NCBI GenBank assembly: GCA_027491415.1 | Contig: JAOZFH010000008.1 | Location: forward strand, 1 to 49,724 | Length of the DNA stretch: 49,724 bases | Direction: 5' to 3' | From: Thermoproteota archaeon | GTDB taxonomy: Archaea; Korarchaeota; Korarchaeia; Korarchaeales; Korarchaeaceae | Shown: positions 27,454 to 37,635 of the stretch, piece by piece | Position numbering within the stretch: the first letter of the stretch is position 1 | Layout of the letters: each line of letters begins with the position of its first letter | Notes under the pieces: generated by a model | Told to the model about the DNA's origin: nothing | Databases searched by the model: none | The model's input: only the letters and a program-made list of their open reading frames with translations | Position numbers and translations under genes: made by a program

Positions 27454-30400
27454 TTCAGCTCACCCTCCCCTTCGAGGATCGTGGGCGAGAGCAGCAGAAC
27501 CTCCAGCCCGAGTTCGCGGGCCACGGAGGCTGCCAGCAAATCAGAAAGGACCACGGCCGTAGCCCCATGGGTGACCGCCGCTATCAGGTTTGTGGCGGAC
27601 TCCAGGCTCATTCCCGTGGTCCTCGCGAGCATGAGGGCCTGAACGAGGGCGCCCTCCTCCAAATCGTGCACCTCCACCGTGCCCCTTCTTATGAGGTCGG
27701 CCAGCGTCGGGCCGACCGCTGAGTCGGCCAGCAGGTCGTCGGTGGTTGTGCGAGTCACGAGGGCCAGCTCTCTCACGCCAGAGAGGCTTCCAGGGCCCCC
27801 CGTGAGGATCGTAAAGCGAATTGAGTGCGAGTCGTAGAGCACGAGCCTTCGCCTCCTGAGTCCTAGAGACAGCAGAAGAAAAGCCAGCATGGGGAGGGCG
27901 GAGGCGCCTCCCATGGCGGCCGTTAGGAAGGTGGGAGGCACCCTTACCACGCTGGAGGCCATCAAACCGAACTCTGGGAGCTCTGCCACGTTGATAACGT
28001 CACCAGCCAAGCCCGGTGGAAGCTTGACCAAGTAGGTGACGGTCGCCGGCGAGCCCGCCCGCGCGAGCCTTAAGACGATCCTCAGGGCGTTCTTATTTGG
28101 CTCCCTCGACGCGTACTCCGCCCCGGATGTTGAGACGCTCTCAGGCAGGAGCGCCGCGGCGTCTGGGAGTCTATCGACAACCACGACGTCCACCGGCCCA
28201 CCGCGCACATAGACCGAGACCGTGTACCTGATCGTCTGGTTTCCAAGGTACGTGCCCACCTTGCTGATCACTGGGCCCGGCGTCGGCGGGGGTCGCACGC
28301 CTATCCTGTACGTCGCCGTATAGTTCTGGGTGTACGCCACGTTGATGAGGGACCCTCCCGCCCCCGCCGTCACCACCGCGTGGAAGACCGCGGCGAAGGC
28401 CCTTCCAGGCGGGAGTTCGGACACCTTCCAGACAAGTCGGCCCGGCGCGGTTTGGTGGGGGGGTGGACTGGCCGAACCCTCGACGAAGGTCAGCCCCACC
28501 GGGAGGACATCTACCAGGGTAAGGTTGGCGGCAGAGCCGTTGCCCACATTTGTCAATACGATCCTGCAGCTGACAACATCTCCTATAGCCACCTCTGCTG
28601 GCGAGCACTCCTTGGATATCGAGAGCTTGGCCAATTCAACAGGTCTCGCAGGGGACACCTCGGGCGCCGGTCCCGGGGGCCTGACGATGACCACCGGAGC
28701 CCTAGCAACCACCTCTCCGCCGTAGAGAACGACGTTGTACACGATGTCAGATCCGACGGGGAGGGAGGAGACCGTCGCGCTGAAGGACAGGATCCACTCG
28801 CCGCCCGGGGGGAGGGGCGGAAGGGTCCACCTGAGGATCGAGCCTGAGGTCTCGGGCTCGACGGAGACCCCGTTCACGCTTGAGGAGCCGGTCACATATG
28901 TCAGCTCCTCCGGAAGCTCGTCCTCCAAGATAATGATCCCGCTCCCAGATCCCCCAACGTTCCTCACGGTGATCGTGAAGGTCACCGCATCTCCCAGGGA
29001 TGCGACGCCTGGTTCAGCATACTTGGAGAACGTCAGTTCGGGCGGGGCGGGAGGTCTCGCGCCCTCGCACGTGAGGTTGGGCTCCAGCAGCGTGGCCTTG
29101 ACGAGGTACGTCCCATTCACCGCCTCGAGCAAGGGAACTTGGACTCCGCCCACCACAGGCACGACGGTGAAGTTAGCCGTGACGTAGTACTCCGGTACCC
29201 CCTTGGCGAGCGGATCTGGCCTCCAGGGACCGACCCAGGTCTCACCGGGTGAGATCGCCTCGCCGATTGCGTAGCAGGAGATCGGCTCGCCATCGGGCGG
29301 GGGGGACCCCCTCCACACGCACACCTCCGTCAGGTTGTAGATGAGACCTCTAGCCAGGTTCGTGAAGCTGGCCCTCACAGAGTAGCCCTCCTCGGACAAG
29401 TTCTTCTCCACATCCAGCGCCGCCGGCCCAACGGCGTGGACGCCCCTTATTCGGTGGAGAAGCAGCGCGTCATCTCTCCTGAAGGTGAGGGACCCCTGTG
29501 GGAACTGCTCGGCACCGGTCAACCTGGCTGAGCCGGTTATGACGAGTTCTATGGTCTCTCCTAGGTCGACATCCCCTATGTCCCACTCTATCGAGTCTGT
29601 TGAGAGGCTAACCGACCCTCCGGTCGAGGTGACCGATCCGGGGGTGAACCAGGCCGGGATAGGCTTCAGGAGGCTCACGTTTCTGAGCCGGTCGGTGAAC
29701 CGGAGGGTTATCCGGAGCGTGAGGTTCGTTGACTCGCCGCAGGCTGGGGTGAAGGGCGTGACCGTCTCAAGGGCCGACACCGGCGGAGTCAGAAGACCCG
29801 GATCCACCTCGTACCTCCATCTCCGATAGTCTCCCGGCCTGAGTTCCGGTACGTGGAGGGGCGGGGAGACTGGCGAGTCGCTTGGGGTAGGGTAGTCGGG
29901 GTAGAACTCCATCCCGACAGAGTCCAGTCGAATCCATATGTCTGAGACGACGTCGCCGGTCGGATTGGAGACCGTCAGGAATCCCCAGACCCTCCTGACC
30001 TCGTAGGTCGAGTCCGGGTAGAGCACGATGTCGACGAACTCAGAGGCCGATATGTTCAGGTAGCTCTCCGTCGGGTCAACTCCCAGGGTAAAGGCCTCGA
30101 ACAGGTTGTAGTCCACCAATCCACAGGCAGACGACCTGAGGGTGTAGGTGATGAGCTGGCTGGAGTCGGGGGACCCAGACGGGCCGAGGTCGACCGACCA
30201 CCAGTACACGCCGCCGGAATTTCCCTGGTATGGGGGCGAGGGTGACTCGATCAGCATGTTCGCCGGAACGATGTCGTACACCCTCACCCCAGGCGCAGGC
30301 GTCGGATTCCAGTTGGTGACGTTCAGCGTGACCTCGTAGTAGCAGGGGGCCGTCGGGGTGAGGGACTTCCCCACGGAGACATTCAGCCTCACCTCTCCTA

Positions 30401-33400
30401 TCCTTGCGCTCGGGCCGAACTCCGAAGTCCCGGCGGCCGAGAGGGTGGTGGTGCCAGTTAGCAGGCTGCCGGCCTCGGGTCTCAGCCTTGCGGGGAGTGA
30501 AGACACAGGGATCCAGCCTGAGAACTCCCCGTTGGCGTCGGAGACGAGGCTCCCGAGGTAGATGAACCCTTCCCCGTAGTACCTAGAACCATAGAGGTTG
30601 CCGTCGAGGTTGTCTCCCGCCTGAGAGTTGTTGACCATGAAGATCTCCACGGTCGCGCCGGCGAACTCCGGAGACCCAGACCCGGCCGACTCGGAGTTCA
30701 CGAACCCCTCCACGTACACGTGGGTTCCGTTGTAGGCCGCGAAGGTGATCACCGGGTAGTCCACCTTCAGGTTCGGGGCCCCGTGGTTGAGTGCCCCGTC
30801 GTTGACGGTCACATGATCTCCGTTCGGGTTCCCCGCACCCGCCAGGGTGGTGTTATCGATGTCCACACCCAGCCCGGTGTTGTTGAACATCGAGTTCTGG
30901 GTCAGGTTGTTGTCCAAGGCGTTGCCCGGCGACCCCCAACTAGGTGGAGGTACGGTCCTAGCCACGACGACCCCGCCCCCGTAGTTGGAGTAGATCACGT
31001 TGCGGCTGACTACACTGTGGTTTCCAAACAGCCTCACCCCGCCAGCCTCGCCCTGGTAAGGCTCCCAGCCGTTGAGCGTAATGTTGTTCTCCTCGACCCT
31101 CATCCCACCGAGAGAAAACCAGCTGTCTATTCCATAGCACGTGTTGTTGGCAATTAGGTTGCCCCTCACGACAACCCCGCCAGCCGACCCCTCCACCGAT
31201 GTCCCGTCCGGCCCTCCCGGGAGGGTCGGATCAAACACCTGCTTCAGGCCGTTGGAGTAGATTAAGCACCCCTGAATCAGGCCGGAGGTGACCTGAGAGC
31301 CTGTAAAGTGGACCCCAGTCCCCCAGTTGTACGAGATGACTGAGTGAAGGATCTCCGTGGAGTCTCCCTCCACCAGTATGCCGAGCCTGACGTTCCTCTC
31401 TTCTCCCAAAGTCCCGGGGTCACGGCCGTCCGGCCTGATCCCCACGAAACACCCGTAGATCCGTACCTGAGTCGCCCCTGACCCTACGTGTATGGCCCCT
31501 CCAGACCCATAAGTCGAGTAAAACCCGTATATAGAGAGATTCGCTATCTTCGCAGGACCGGCACCGATGACAAGGCCGTCTGACTCCAAGCCTTGGCCGT
31601 AGATGGCGACTTCCGGTAGGCTGTAACGCGGGAGCGCAAACTCGTCCCCGGTTCCCGGCACACCGTCTGGACCGGATCCTACCGCCCCCCCGGGCCCGTA
31701 AACTCCGGGATTAGCGTCGTTGACAGAGAGCGAGGGTGTGAACACGGTTCCATTGACCTGGGTCCCAGCGTCGGTAATCGTCGGGAGCTGACCCAGGCTG
31801 GGGTTGACATCGATCCTCCACCAAGAGTGCTCGGGGTCGGGCTGAACGTTCTGTGGAGTCATGAACACGAACCAACTCCTGTCACCACCAGAAATGGCGT
31901 TTGCGTTTAGCAGGAACTGCCTCAGGGTTCCCTGTGCCACCCTGGGGTTTGACGGGTCGTGGTCAACATCCAATGTGTTGACGACGACGTCGAAGCTGAA
32001 TCCGAAGTCCAGGCTCTCTCCAAGATAGTCTCCAGCGGAGACCAGTGAGACATGCTCACACCTGGTTCCAGGCCTCCAAAGCGTCAGCTCGTCGACGTAG
32101 TACTCATATCCGCCGTGAACGACTATTCTGTCGAAGGATGTGTAGGTTGTATCGGTAGCCCTCACTTGCGCCAGAAGGTCGCCGCTCAGATCGTACACTT
32201 GGAATGCGATTGTGCCGTTAGCGAAGAAGATCATCTTCCAAAAGTACCACTCGTTCTCTGGCGGATCCCAAGAGACGCGAGCCGAGATCCTCGTTGGATC
32301 GCCTCCGTCCCTCCTGTCTATCCAGATCCTCCCCAACAAGTGGTCCACGGTGAACGTGTAGCCGTTGAATGAGGGGTCCTCCAACCCGATCCTGTCTCGA
32401 GCTCCACCCGACCAAGGACTCGGCCTGTACGTGTACCCTTGGAGGATCACCCCGCGGCCGACGGTTCCGCCGACAGGCTTGTACCCGCCGTTAGGGTCAT
32501 TCCTAGAATCCTTCTTCAGGCTGAACGATCCCTCGTAGGCCTGCTCGTCTGACTGGTAGACTGTCCCGAGGCCGTAATCCGACCAGCCGGCCCACGTCTC
32601 AAATCCATCGTAGAGAACTACCTCTAGGCTGCAGGCGTCACTAACCTCTGGATCTCTCCCACCGAAGTCTGGGGAGCCAGTGTGGGCAGCGCCGTCCCAG
32701 CTAACGACATAGGTTCCCTCTGCCCAGGTCTCGACCCAGTCTCTGCCAGCGTTGAGGCCTCTTGGCGAGGTGACGGTCCTAGAGTCGACGGCTATCCAGT
32801 AGGTGTCGTTTCTGGCCAGGAAGCTGTAGCCTCCAGCTGAGCTCGTCTCCGTCACTCGGACGAGTGGGTCGGTCAGTGGATCAAAGCTTCCGTCCCCGTT
32901 GTCCAAGAACAGCCCGACTCTGACGCCAGAAACCGGTAGATCTACTCCCGGAGAGAACCCGCTGGCCAGCGGCCATTCATCTTCAAAGACTATTCCTGAC
33001 AGGTTCGCCCTGACCTCAAATGTCAGCTCGTCCACGTTGAAGAAGTCGGTGTAGTTCACCTCGTCCGGCCTCCCGGGTATGTGAATCAGGCCGTCGTACG
33101 AGGGGGAGAGGATCGACGCGGAGGAGTCGTTCGCGAGGACGACTATTCTCCAGTCTCCGAGCCGGTCTCCGGGCGATATCGAATAGACGTTGTCGTTCGT
33201 GAAGATCCCGTCGCCGGCGACGGCGTCACCGTGAGTTCCGTCGTCGTACAGCGCCGCAGACGAGACTAGAGCGCCTGAAGGGTCATACACGCGCGCCAAT
33301 ACGCCCCCGGTGGGCGCCGCGTCAACGCGTGCGACGACCTTCAGGGGTCCAAAAGTCTGCAGCCCCCGGGGCTCGGTCAGGTTGACCCCGAAGCCCTCCA

Positions 33401-36400
33401 CCATGTCCGCCTGAACCGTCGCAGAGAGGTTGCACCAGATCAGGTTGTCGATGTAAGCCCAAGTCTTGTACCAGTCGTCCGAGTAGGTGTGCACAGTAAA
33501 GTTGACGCGGATCGTCTGCCCCGCGTAAGGCGTGAGATCGTAGTCCGTCGCTATCCACCAGCCGGAGTCTGCGAAGGTCCCGTAGGAATACCCCACATTT
33601 GGGTTGTATACCAATATCGTGTCCAGCGTGTTACCGGCCAGGTCTCTGATAGTCACGACGAGGTAGTCGAAATACGACGAGTCCCAAGACTCGACCCTGA
33701 ACCAGAAGGTGAGGTTTCCTCCCCCGCTCGGGACGGCTATCTCATATGCAGCCCACGTGTCCTCGCCGGTGGCCGTGTAGTCCTCAGACACGTTAACCCT
33801 GTACCCGAGGACAAGCGAGTAGTTCCCCACGGCTGGCAGGCCGTCGTCCACGATGAATCGAGGGTTCGGAGGGGGGGATCCGAGGGTTCCGCCGTCGATC
33901 GTGTAGGGCCCCCTGGGGCTAGCCTGTATGATCGACGAGATCCCGGCTGGGGATTGCCCGTAGAGCCAGTAAGACAGATCCCCTAGGTCCACCCCGGTGT
34001 TCAGCGTGTTGTAGACGGGCTTGGCGCCGTTCTCCAAGATGTCGAAGTAGACGTAGAAGGTCTCCTGCGCGGTCAGGTCGTTTGGGAGCAGGAACTTGAT
34101 TATCCCGGTTCCCCGGCCGGTCGGTATGTACTCCTGCTTGGGAACCAGGCTCCCGCTCGGGTCGACCACTCTCACCGAGTTGTTGTCGAAGGTCCCTGAG
34201 ACGTTCAGGTCGGTCAGGAGGTCCGTGAAGTTGACCTCCACGACGACCATCTGATACTGGTAGCCCGCGGGCACCGTGATGGGAACCCTGTAGTGCCAGT
34301 CGTCGCCGGAGTTGGGACCGTCGGGGTCCCACCACTCGGGGACGCCGTAGATAACGTAGTAGTACCTGTTAGGGTCGTCGTAGAATACGAGGGTGGAGCC
34401 CCTCTGGTACCAGATCTCTACCTTGCGAGTCTCGTTTCCCAGGGCCAGAACCTCCTTCACTACAGCCCCAGGCGGCAGATCGACCGTTATCCGCCTCCAC
34501 TCTCCGTCACTCTTGTTGGCCAGCTCCACAAGGATCTTGCCCGGGGAGAGGAGGACCTGCCTGGAGGGCGGCGCGGCCGGGGCACCGTTCAGGAGGGCCT
34601 CCACTATCGCCATGCCCGCGGAGTCAAACCAGAACTCCTCGCCGGAGACCTCGAAGTCGGCGCCCCTCCAGTGAACCGTGACGTGCTTGGCCTTGAGGCC
34701 AATCCTATGGGACCCCGGCCGCCTAACCTCCAGCCAACGGACCAGCCACGTGCCGTCCTCCCCCTTGGCCTCGAACTCAGACAGGACCTTTACCAGGGCA
34801 GGTTTCTTTGGCTGCTTCGGCGCCTTCTCGGGGGCGGGAATCCCGGAGACGCCAACGCCCCCCCTCCCGGAGGGGCCGCGCTCTTGGGAGGGCGGAAGCT
34901 CCAAAACGATGATCAGTGAGACCTTCCCGTCGCTCCGGCCGTCGGGGTCTCCTGAGCCTCCGTCGCTGAGGGAGAGCGTCCTTCCCCCCACCCCATACCG
35001 CGCTCTGAGGGGTGCCCCGTCCGTCCCCACTACAACGAGGACCCCCTCCACGCCGGAAAGTCTGATTTCGGCGGAGAAGCCGGGCTCTCCCTCGAGAGTG
35101 AGCAGTAGGCCGACCACGTTGTCGCGCCCTCCCCAGGGGCCCTCAGGCGGTTCGACGACCCGCGCGTCAGAGATGCAGGCCCCCTCAGCCGCCAGCGAGG
35201 CCCCTCCAACCGACATCACCGGCGAGCACGGCCCAGGCGGCTGCCTCACCGCGATGACGCATGATTCGGACGCGCGAAGGCCACCCAGGGTGGCGCTTAC
35301 CTCCAGCGTGTAGTTCCCGGGCTCCAGCGGGCCGAGGGGTAGGGTGAAGTTGCCCGGCGCGGGCGCCGAGAGGGCTCCCCGGAGAGCCTCCTCACCGCCC
35401 CGGCCCCTGAGCGCGTACTCAACGGAAGCGTTGCCGGGCGGGGCGCCGGAAAGGAGCAGACCGACCTCGACCGAGACCTCCTCGCCTGAGGGGAACTCGA
35501 CCACCTCAGGGAGTCGGATCCCGAGGGTGGCGTTCGGAGAGGGCGCGCCGGGCGTGAGGACTACGAACCCCTCGGCTCTGGCCGAGAGGCCGCGCCAGGT
35601 GGCCAGCACCGAGAAAGAGTAGTTCCCGGGTGGGAGGTCCGGCAGCGTCAGCGCGGCCAGCCCGTCTTCTGTCGTCCCGGAGGCGGAGAAGTTCGCGGGG
35701 CCCGTGAGGGTGAGATTCACGCCCGCTCCAGACAGAGGTCCAGCAGCGACGGCCTTGACGCTCACCATGGCCAGCCCGACCGACGCGTTCAACCCCACGT
35801 TCAGAACGTCAACCCACAGCGGGACTTCCGCAATCCCGACGGCCCCCGCCCTCCACCCACGGGCGAGGAGGTCGTACCTCCCGAGTTCGACGACGCTCGT
35901 CAGGGGATACTCCGCCAGCCAGGTCGACTCGTTCACATAGACTGGGTCCAGCCGGATGACCCTCCCCCCGGGCGTGACCAAGGACACGTTGACACCCTCG
36001 AGGGACACGTTCGCGGTTATCCAAGCTGAGATGGACTCACCAGGAGCGTATGCGTTCCTTTGGAGGTGTATCCTGAGCTCAACCTTGGGTGAGGGGACCG
36101 TCGCCAGCAACTCTGTGCTCCCGACTATGCCCCTGGAGTCGACGGCCCGGAGATCCAGACTGTACGTCCCGGGCATCCAGGGCTCGAAGCTGACGTTGGT
36201 GGATCCAGAGACCGGAACATCCGTCAGCGCCATAGACGCGTTGTCTGGGCCGACGACGACGAGCGAAACGTTGGCCTCTACGGGCCTCCCGGTCAGGGCG
36301 CTCTCGACACTCACGGCGACCGTGCAGACATCCCACCTGCACGACCAGTCCGCTGAGAGGAGGATCGAGTCGACCGTGAAGTTGGCGACGGCCTCCAGCT

Positions 36401-36773
36401 CTCCGACCTCGGCCCTCAGGTAGTAGATCCCAAGGGGGATTGGCGAGATCAGGGGGAGTGGAAAGCTGAGGATCCAGGTCCCGTCTACCTCGCGCAGGTA
36501 GGCCGAGAGGTTGATCGTACGGTTGTTGGGTGTTATCAGCAGCACGGTGGGGCTGGGGGCCCCCTGGAGAGAGAGGTTGGCCGTCACGTTCTCCCAGGGG
36601 TTGAGGTAGTCCCTAGCCAGCACAATCGAGATGCCCTCGCCTCGGGCCGCGGTCGGGGTCGGAGGGCTGAACTCCTGGGCTCTCGCGGCCTCGGCCGAGC
36701 GCAGGCTCGGATGAGCCGCGGCTATTACGAGAGCCGCCAGCAGCAGACCTGCGAACTCGGCCGACGGCCTCAC
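27450..36773 (-). CDS. Giant (3107 aa) cell-surface adhesin-like protein with DUF11/isopeptide-type repeats, TM and C-terminal PIN-like domain
   Basis: Signal peptide; Ig/MG-like repeats; DUF2341-like WWD..WHYRVPI; choice-of-anchor-X-like LYDDGTHGDAVAGDGIF; beta-helix region (about 30850-31600); permuted subunit domains; three DUF11-like repeats; TM plus RRRR; cytoplasmic tail. Confidence 0.85.
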   Translation of the reverse strand: MRPSAEFAGLLLAALVIAAAHPSLRSAEAARAQEFSPPTPTAARGEGISIVLARDYLNPWENVTANLSLQGAPSPTVLLITPNNRTINLSAYLREVDGTWILSFPLPLISPIPLGIYYLRAEVGELEAVANFTVDSILLSADWSCRWDVCTVAVSVESALTGRPVEANVSLVVVGPDNASMALTDVPVSGSTNVSFEPWMPGTYSLDLRAVDSRGIVGSTELLATVPSPKVELRIHLQRNAYAPGESISAWITANVSLEGVNVSLVTPGGRVIRLDPVYVNESTWLAEYPLTSVVELGRYDLLARGWRAGAVGIAEVPLWVDVLNVGLNASVGLAMVSVKAVAAGPLSGAGVNLTLTGPANFSASGTTEDGLAALTLPDLPPGNYSFSVLATWRGLSARAEGFVVLTPGAPSPNATLGIRLPEVVEFPSGEEVSVEVGLLLSGAPPGNASVEYALRGRGGEEALRGALSAPAPGNFTLPLGPLEPGNYTLEVSATLGGLRASESCVIAVRQPPGPCSPVMSVGGASLAAEGACISDARVVEPPEGPWGGRDNVVGLLLTLEGEPGFSAEIRLSGVEGVLVVVGTDGAPLRARYGVGGRTLSLSDGGSGDPDGRSDGKVSLIIVLELPPSQERGPSGRGGVGVSGIPAPEKAPKQPKKPALVKVLSEFEAKGEDGTWLVRWLEVRRPGSHRIGLKAKHVTVHWRGADFEVSGEEFWFDSAGMAIVEALLNGAPAAPPSRQVLLSPGKILVELANKSDGEWRRITVDLPPGAVVKEVLALGNETRKVEIWYQRGSTLVFYDDPNRYYYVIYGVPEWWDPDGPNSGDDWHYRVPITVPAGYQYQMVVVEVNFTDLLTDLNVSGTFDNNSVRVVDPSGSLVPKQEYIPTGRGTGIIKFLLPNDLTAQETFYVYFDILENGAKPVYNTLNTGVDLGDLSYWLYGQSPAGISSIIQASPRGPYTIDGGTLGSPPPNPRFIVDDGLPAVGNYSLVLGYRVNVSEDYTATGEDTWAAYEIAVPSGGGNLTFWFRVESWDSSYFDYLVVTIRDLAGNTLDTILVYNPNVGYSYGTFADSGWWIATDYDLTPYAGQTIRVNFTVHTYSDDWYKTWAYIDNLIWCNLSATVQADMVEGFGVNLTEPRGLQTFGPLKVVARVDAAPTGGVLARVYDPSGALVSSAALYDDGTHGDAVAGDGIFTNDNVYSISPGDRLGDWRIVVLANDSSASILSPSYDGLIHIPGRPDEVNYTDFFNVDELTFEVRANLSGIVFEDEWPLASGFSPGVDLPVSGVRVGLFLDNGDGSFDPLTDPLVRVTETSSAGGYSFLARNDTYWIAVDSRTVTSPRGLNAGRDWVETWAEGTYVVSWDGAAHTGSPDFGGRDPEVSDACSLEVVLYDGFETWAGWSDYGLGTVYQSDEQAYEGSFSLKKDSRNDPNGGYKPVGGTVGRGVILQGYTYRPSPWSGGARDRIGLEDPSFNGYTFTVDHLLGRIWIDRRDGGDPTRISARVSWDPPENEWYFWKMIFFANGTIAFQVYDLSGDLLAQVRATDTTYTSFDRIVVHGGYEYYVDELTLWRPGTRCEHVSLVSAGDYLGESLDFGFSFDVVVNTLDVDHDPSNPRVAQGTLRQFLLNANAISGGDRSWFVFMTPQNVQPDPEHSWWRIDVNPSLGQLPTITDAGTQVNGTVFTPSLSVNDANPGVYGPGGAVGSGPDGVPGTGDEFALPRYSLPEVAIYGQGLESDGLVIGAGPAKIANLSIYGFYSTYGSGGAIHVGSGATQVRIYGCFVGIRPDGRDPGTLGEERNVRLGILVEGDSTEILHSVISYNWGTGVHFTGSQVTSGLIQGCLIYSNGLKQVFDPTLPGGPDGTSVEGSAGGVVVRGNLIANNTCYGIDSWFSLGGMRVEENNITLNGWEPYQGEAGGVRLFGNHSVVSRNVIYSNYGGGVVVARTVPPPSWGSPGNALDNNLTQNSMFNNTGLGVDIDNTTLAGAGNPNGDHVTVNDGALNHGAPNLKVDYPVITFAAYNGTHVYVEGFVNSESAGSGSPEFAGATVEIFMVNNSQAGDNLDGNLYGSRYYGEGFIYLGSLVSDANGEFSGWIPVSSLPARLRPEAGSLLTGTTTLSAAGTSEFGPSARIGEVRLNVSVGKSLTPTAPCYYEVTLNVTNWNPTPAPGVRVYDIVPANMLIESPSPPYQGNSGGVYWWSVDLGPSGSPDSSQLITYTLRSSACGLVDYNLFEAFTLGVDPTESYLNISASEFVDIVLYPDSTYEVRRVWGFLTVSNPTGDVVSDIWIRLDSVGMEFYPDYPTPSDSPVSPPLHVPELRPGDYRRWRYEVDPGLLTPPVSALETVTPFTPACGESTNLTLRITLRFTDRLRNVSLLKPIPAWFTPGSVTSTGGSVSLSTDSIEWDIGDVDLGETIELVITGSARLTGAEQFPQGSLTFRRDDALLLHRIRGVHAVGPAALDVEKNLSEEGYSVRASFTNLARGLIYNLTEVCVWRGSPPPDGEPISCYAIGEAISPGETWVGPWRPDPLAKGVPEYYVTANFTVVPVVGGVQVPLLEAVNGTYLVKATLLEPNLTCEGARPPAPPELTFSKYAEPGVASLGDAVTFTITVRNVGGSGSGIIILEDELPEELTYVTGSSSVNGVSVEPETSGSILRWTLPPLPPGGEWILSFSATVSSLPVGSDIVYNVVLYGGEVVARAPVVIVRPPGPAPEVSPARPVELAKLSISKECSPAEVAIGDVVSCRIVLTNVGNGSAANLTLVDVLPVGLTFVEGSASPPPHQTAPGRLVWKVSELPPGRAFAAVFHAVVTAGAGGSLINVAYTQNYTATYRIGVRPPPTPGPVISKVGTYLGNQTIRYTVSVYVRGGPVDVVVVDRLPDAAALLPESVSTSGAEYASREPNKNALRIVLRLARAGSPATVTYLVKLPPGLAGDVINVAELPEFGLMASSVVRVPPTFLTAAMGGASALPMLAFLLLSLGLRRRRLVLYDSHSIRFTILTGGPGSLSGVRELALVTRTTTDDLLADSAVGPTLADLIRRGTVEVHDLEEGALVQALMLARTTGMSLESATNLIAAVTHGATAVVLSDLLAASVARELGLEVLLLSPTILEGEGELK

Positions 36774-36787
36774 GGTCTCTTCCCCCC

Positions 36788-37603
36788 TCAGGGTGGCCTC
36801 GCCCTTGGGGCGAGACGAGGCCTTCTACCCTCGGACCTCCTGAGGGCCCGAGAGGCGATTAAGACGAGCATGACCACTATCAAGGCCCCCCAAAAGACCA
36901 GGTATCCCTTGATGGGGAGCATGGGTAGTGGGAGGGGGCTGAACTCCACCCATACCCTCACCCTCCCGCCCTCGGGCAGCCCCGACAAGTCCCACTCCAC
37001 TGACTCGCCCCTAGACCCAGGGCCGGGTGAGGCGTAGGTCACCCTAGAACCGGCCGGAGGGAAGATGACCACCCTTCCCCTCTCGACCCTGTTGGAGATC
37101 GGCCCTATCCCAAAGGCGAACTCGTCAAACAGCACGCCGCGCGCCACTCCGTTCTCTATCCTGAAGGAGAGCTCGAAGGACTCCCTCTGACCCGGTCTGA
37201 GGGGCTGCCACAGGGAGTAGCGGAGAACCAGGGAACCGTTCTCCCAGAGCGGGACGACCTCCATGTCGACGTTCCTAGTCAGATCCCTCGCCGAGAGGAC
37301 GGTCACCGAGAGGTTGACCCTCCTCTGGCCGGGCAGCGGGAGGCCGCCAGCGCTCCTCTGCCTGATCCCCGAGACGGGCAGCTTCCCGTACCCGGGCACC
37401 ACCGGGACCCGGCCGTCGTTCCGCAGGGTGGCCCTCACCGTGACAGTCACCGCGCCGTCCTCCGAGACGCGCGCCGTCACCTCGAGCCTCTCGTACACCA
37501 GCGGATTGTACTCACCCTGCGCGCCGAGGGCGTGCAGGGTGGGGAGGCACAGGGCTATCACGAGCGCTGACGCGAAAAAAGCGTGGAGGGGACGGGAGGG
37601 CAT
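36788..37603 (-). CDS. Secreted, C-terminally membrane-anchored accessory protein of the surface cluster
   Basis: Signal peptide from ATG 37603, beta-rich body (VVPGYG), then EFSPLPLP..GYLVFW TM and a basic tail. Confidence 0.72.
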   Translation of the reverse strand: MPSRPLHAFFASALVIALCLPTLHALGAQGEYNPLVYERLEVTARVSEDGAVTVTVRATLRNDGRVPVVPGYGKLPVSGIRQRSAGGLPLPGQRRVNLSVTVLSARDLTRNVDMEVVPLWENGSLVLRYSLWQPLRPGQRESFELSFRIENGVARGVLFDEFAFGIGPISNRVERGRVVIFPPAGSRVTYASPGPGSRGESVEWDLSGLPEGGRVRVWVEFSPLPLPMLPIKGYLVFWGALIVVMLVLIASRALRRSEGRRPRLAPRARPP

Positions 37604-37635
37604 AGCCCGACGCCCCGCTCGTCGGGGAAAAAGGT

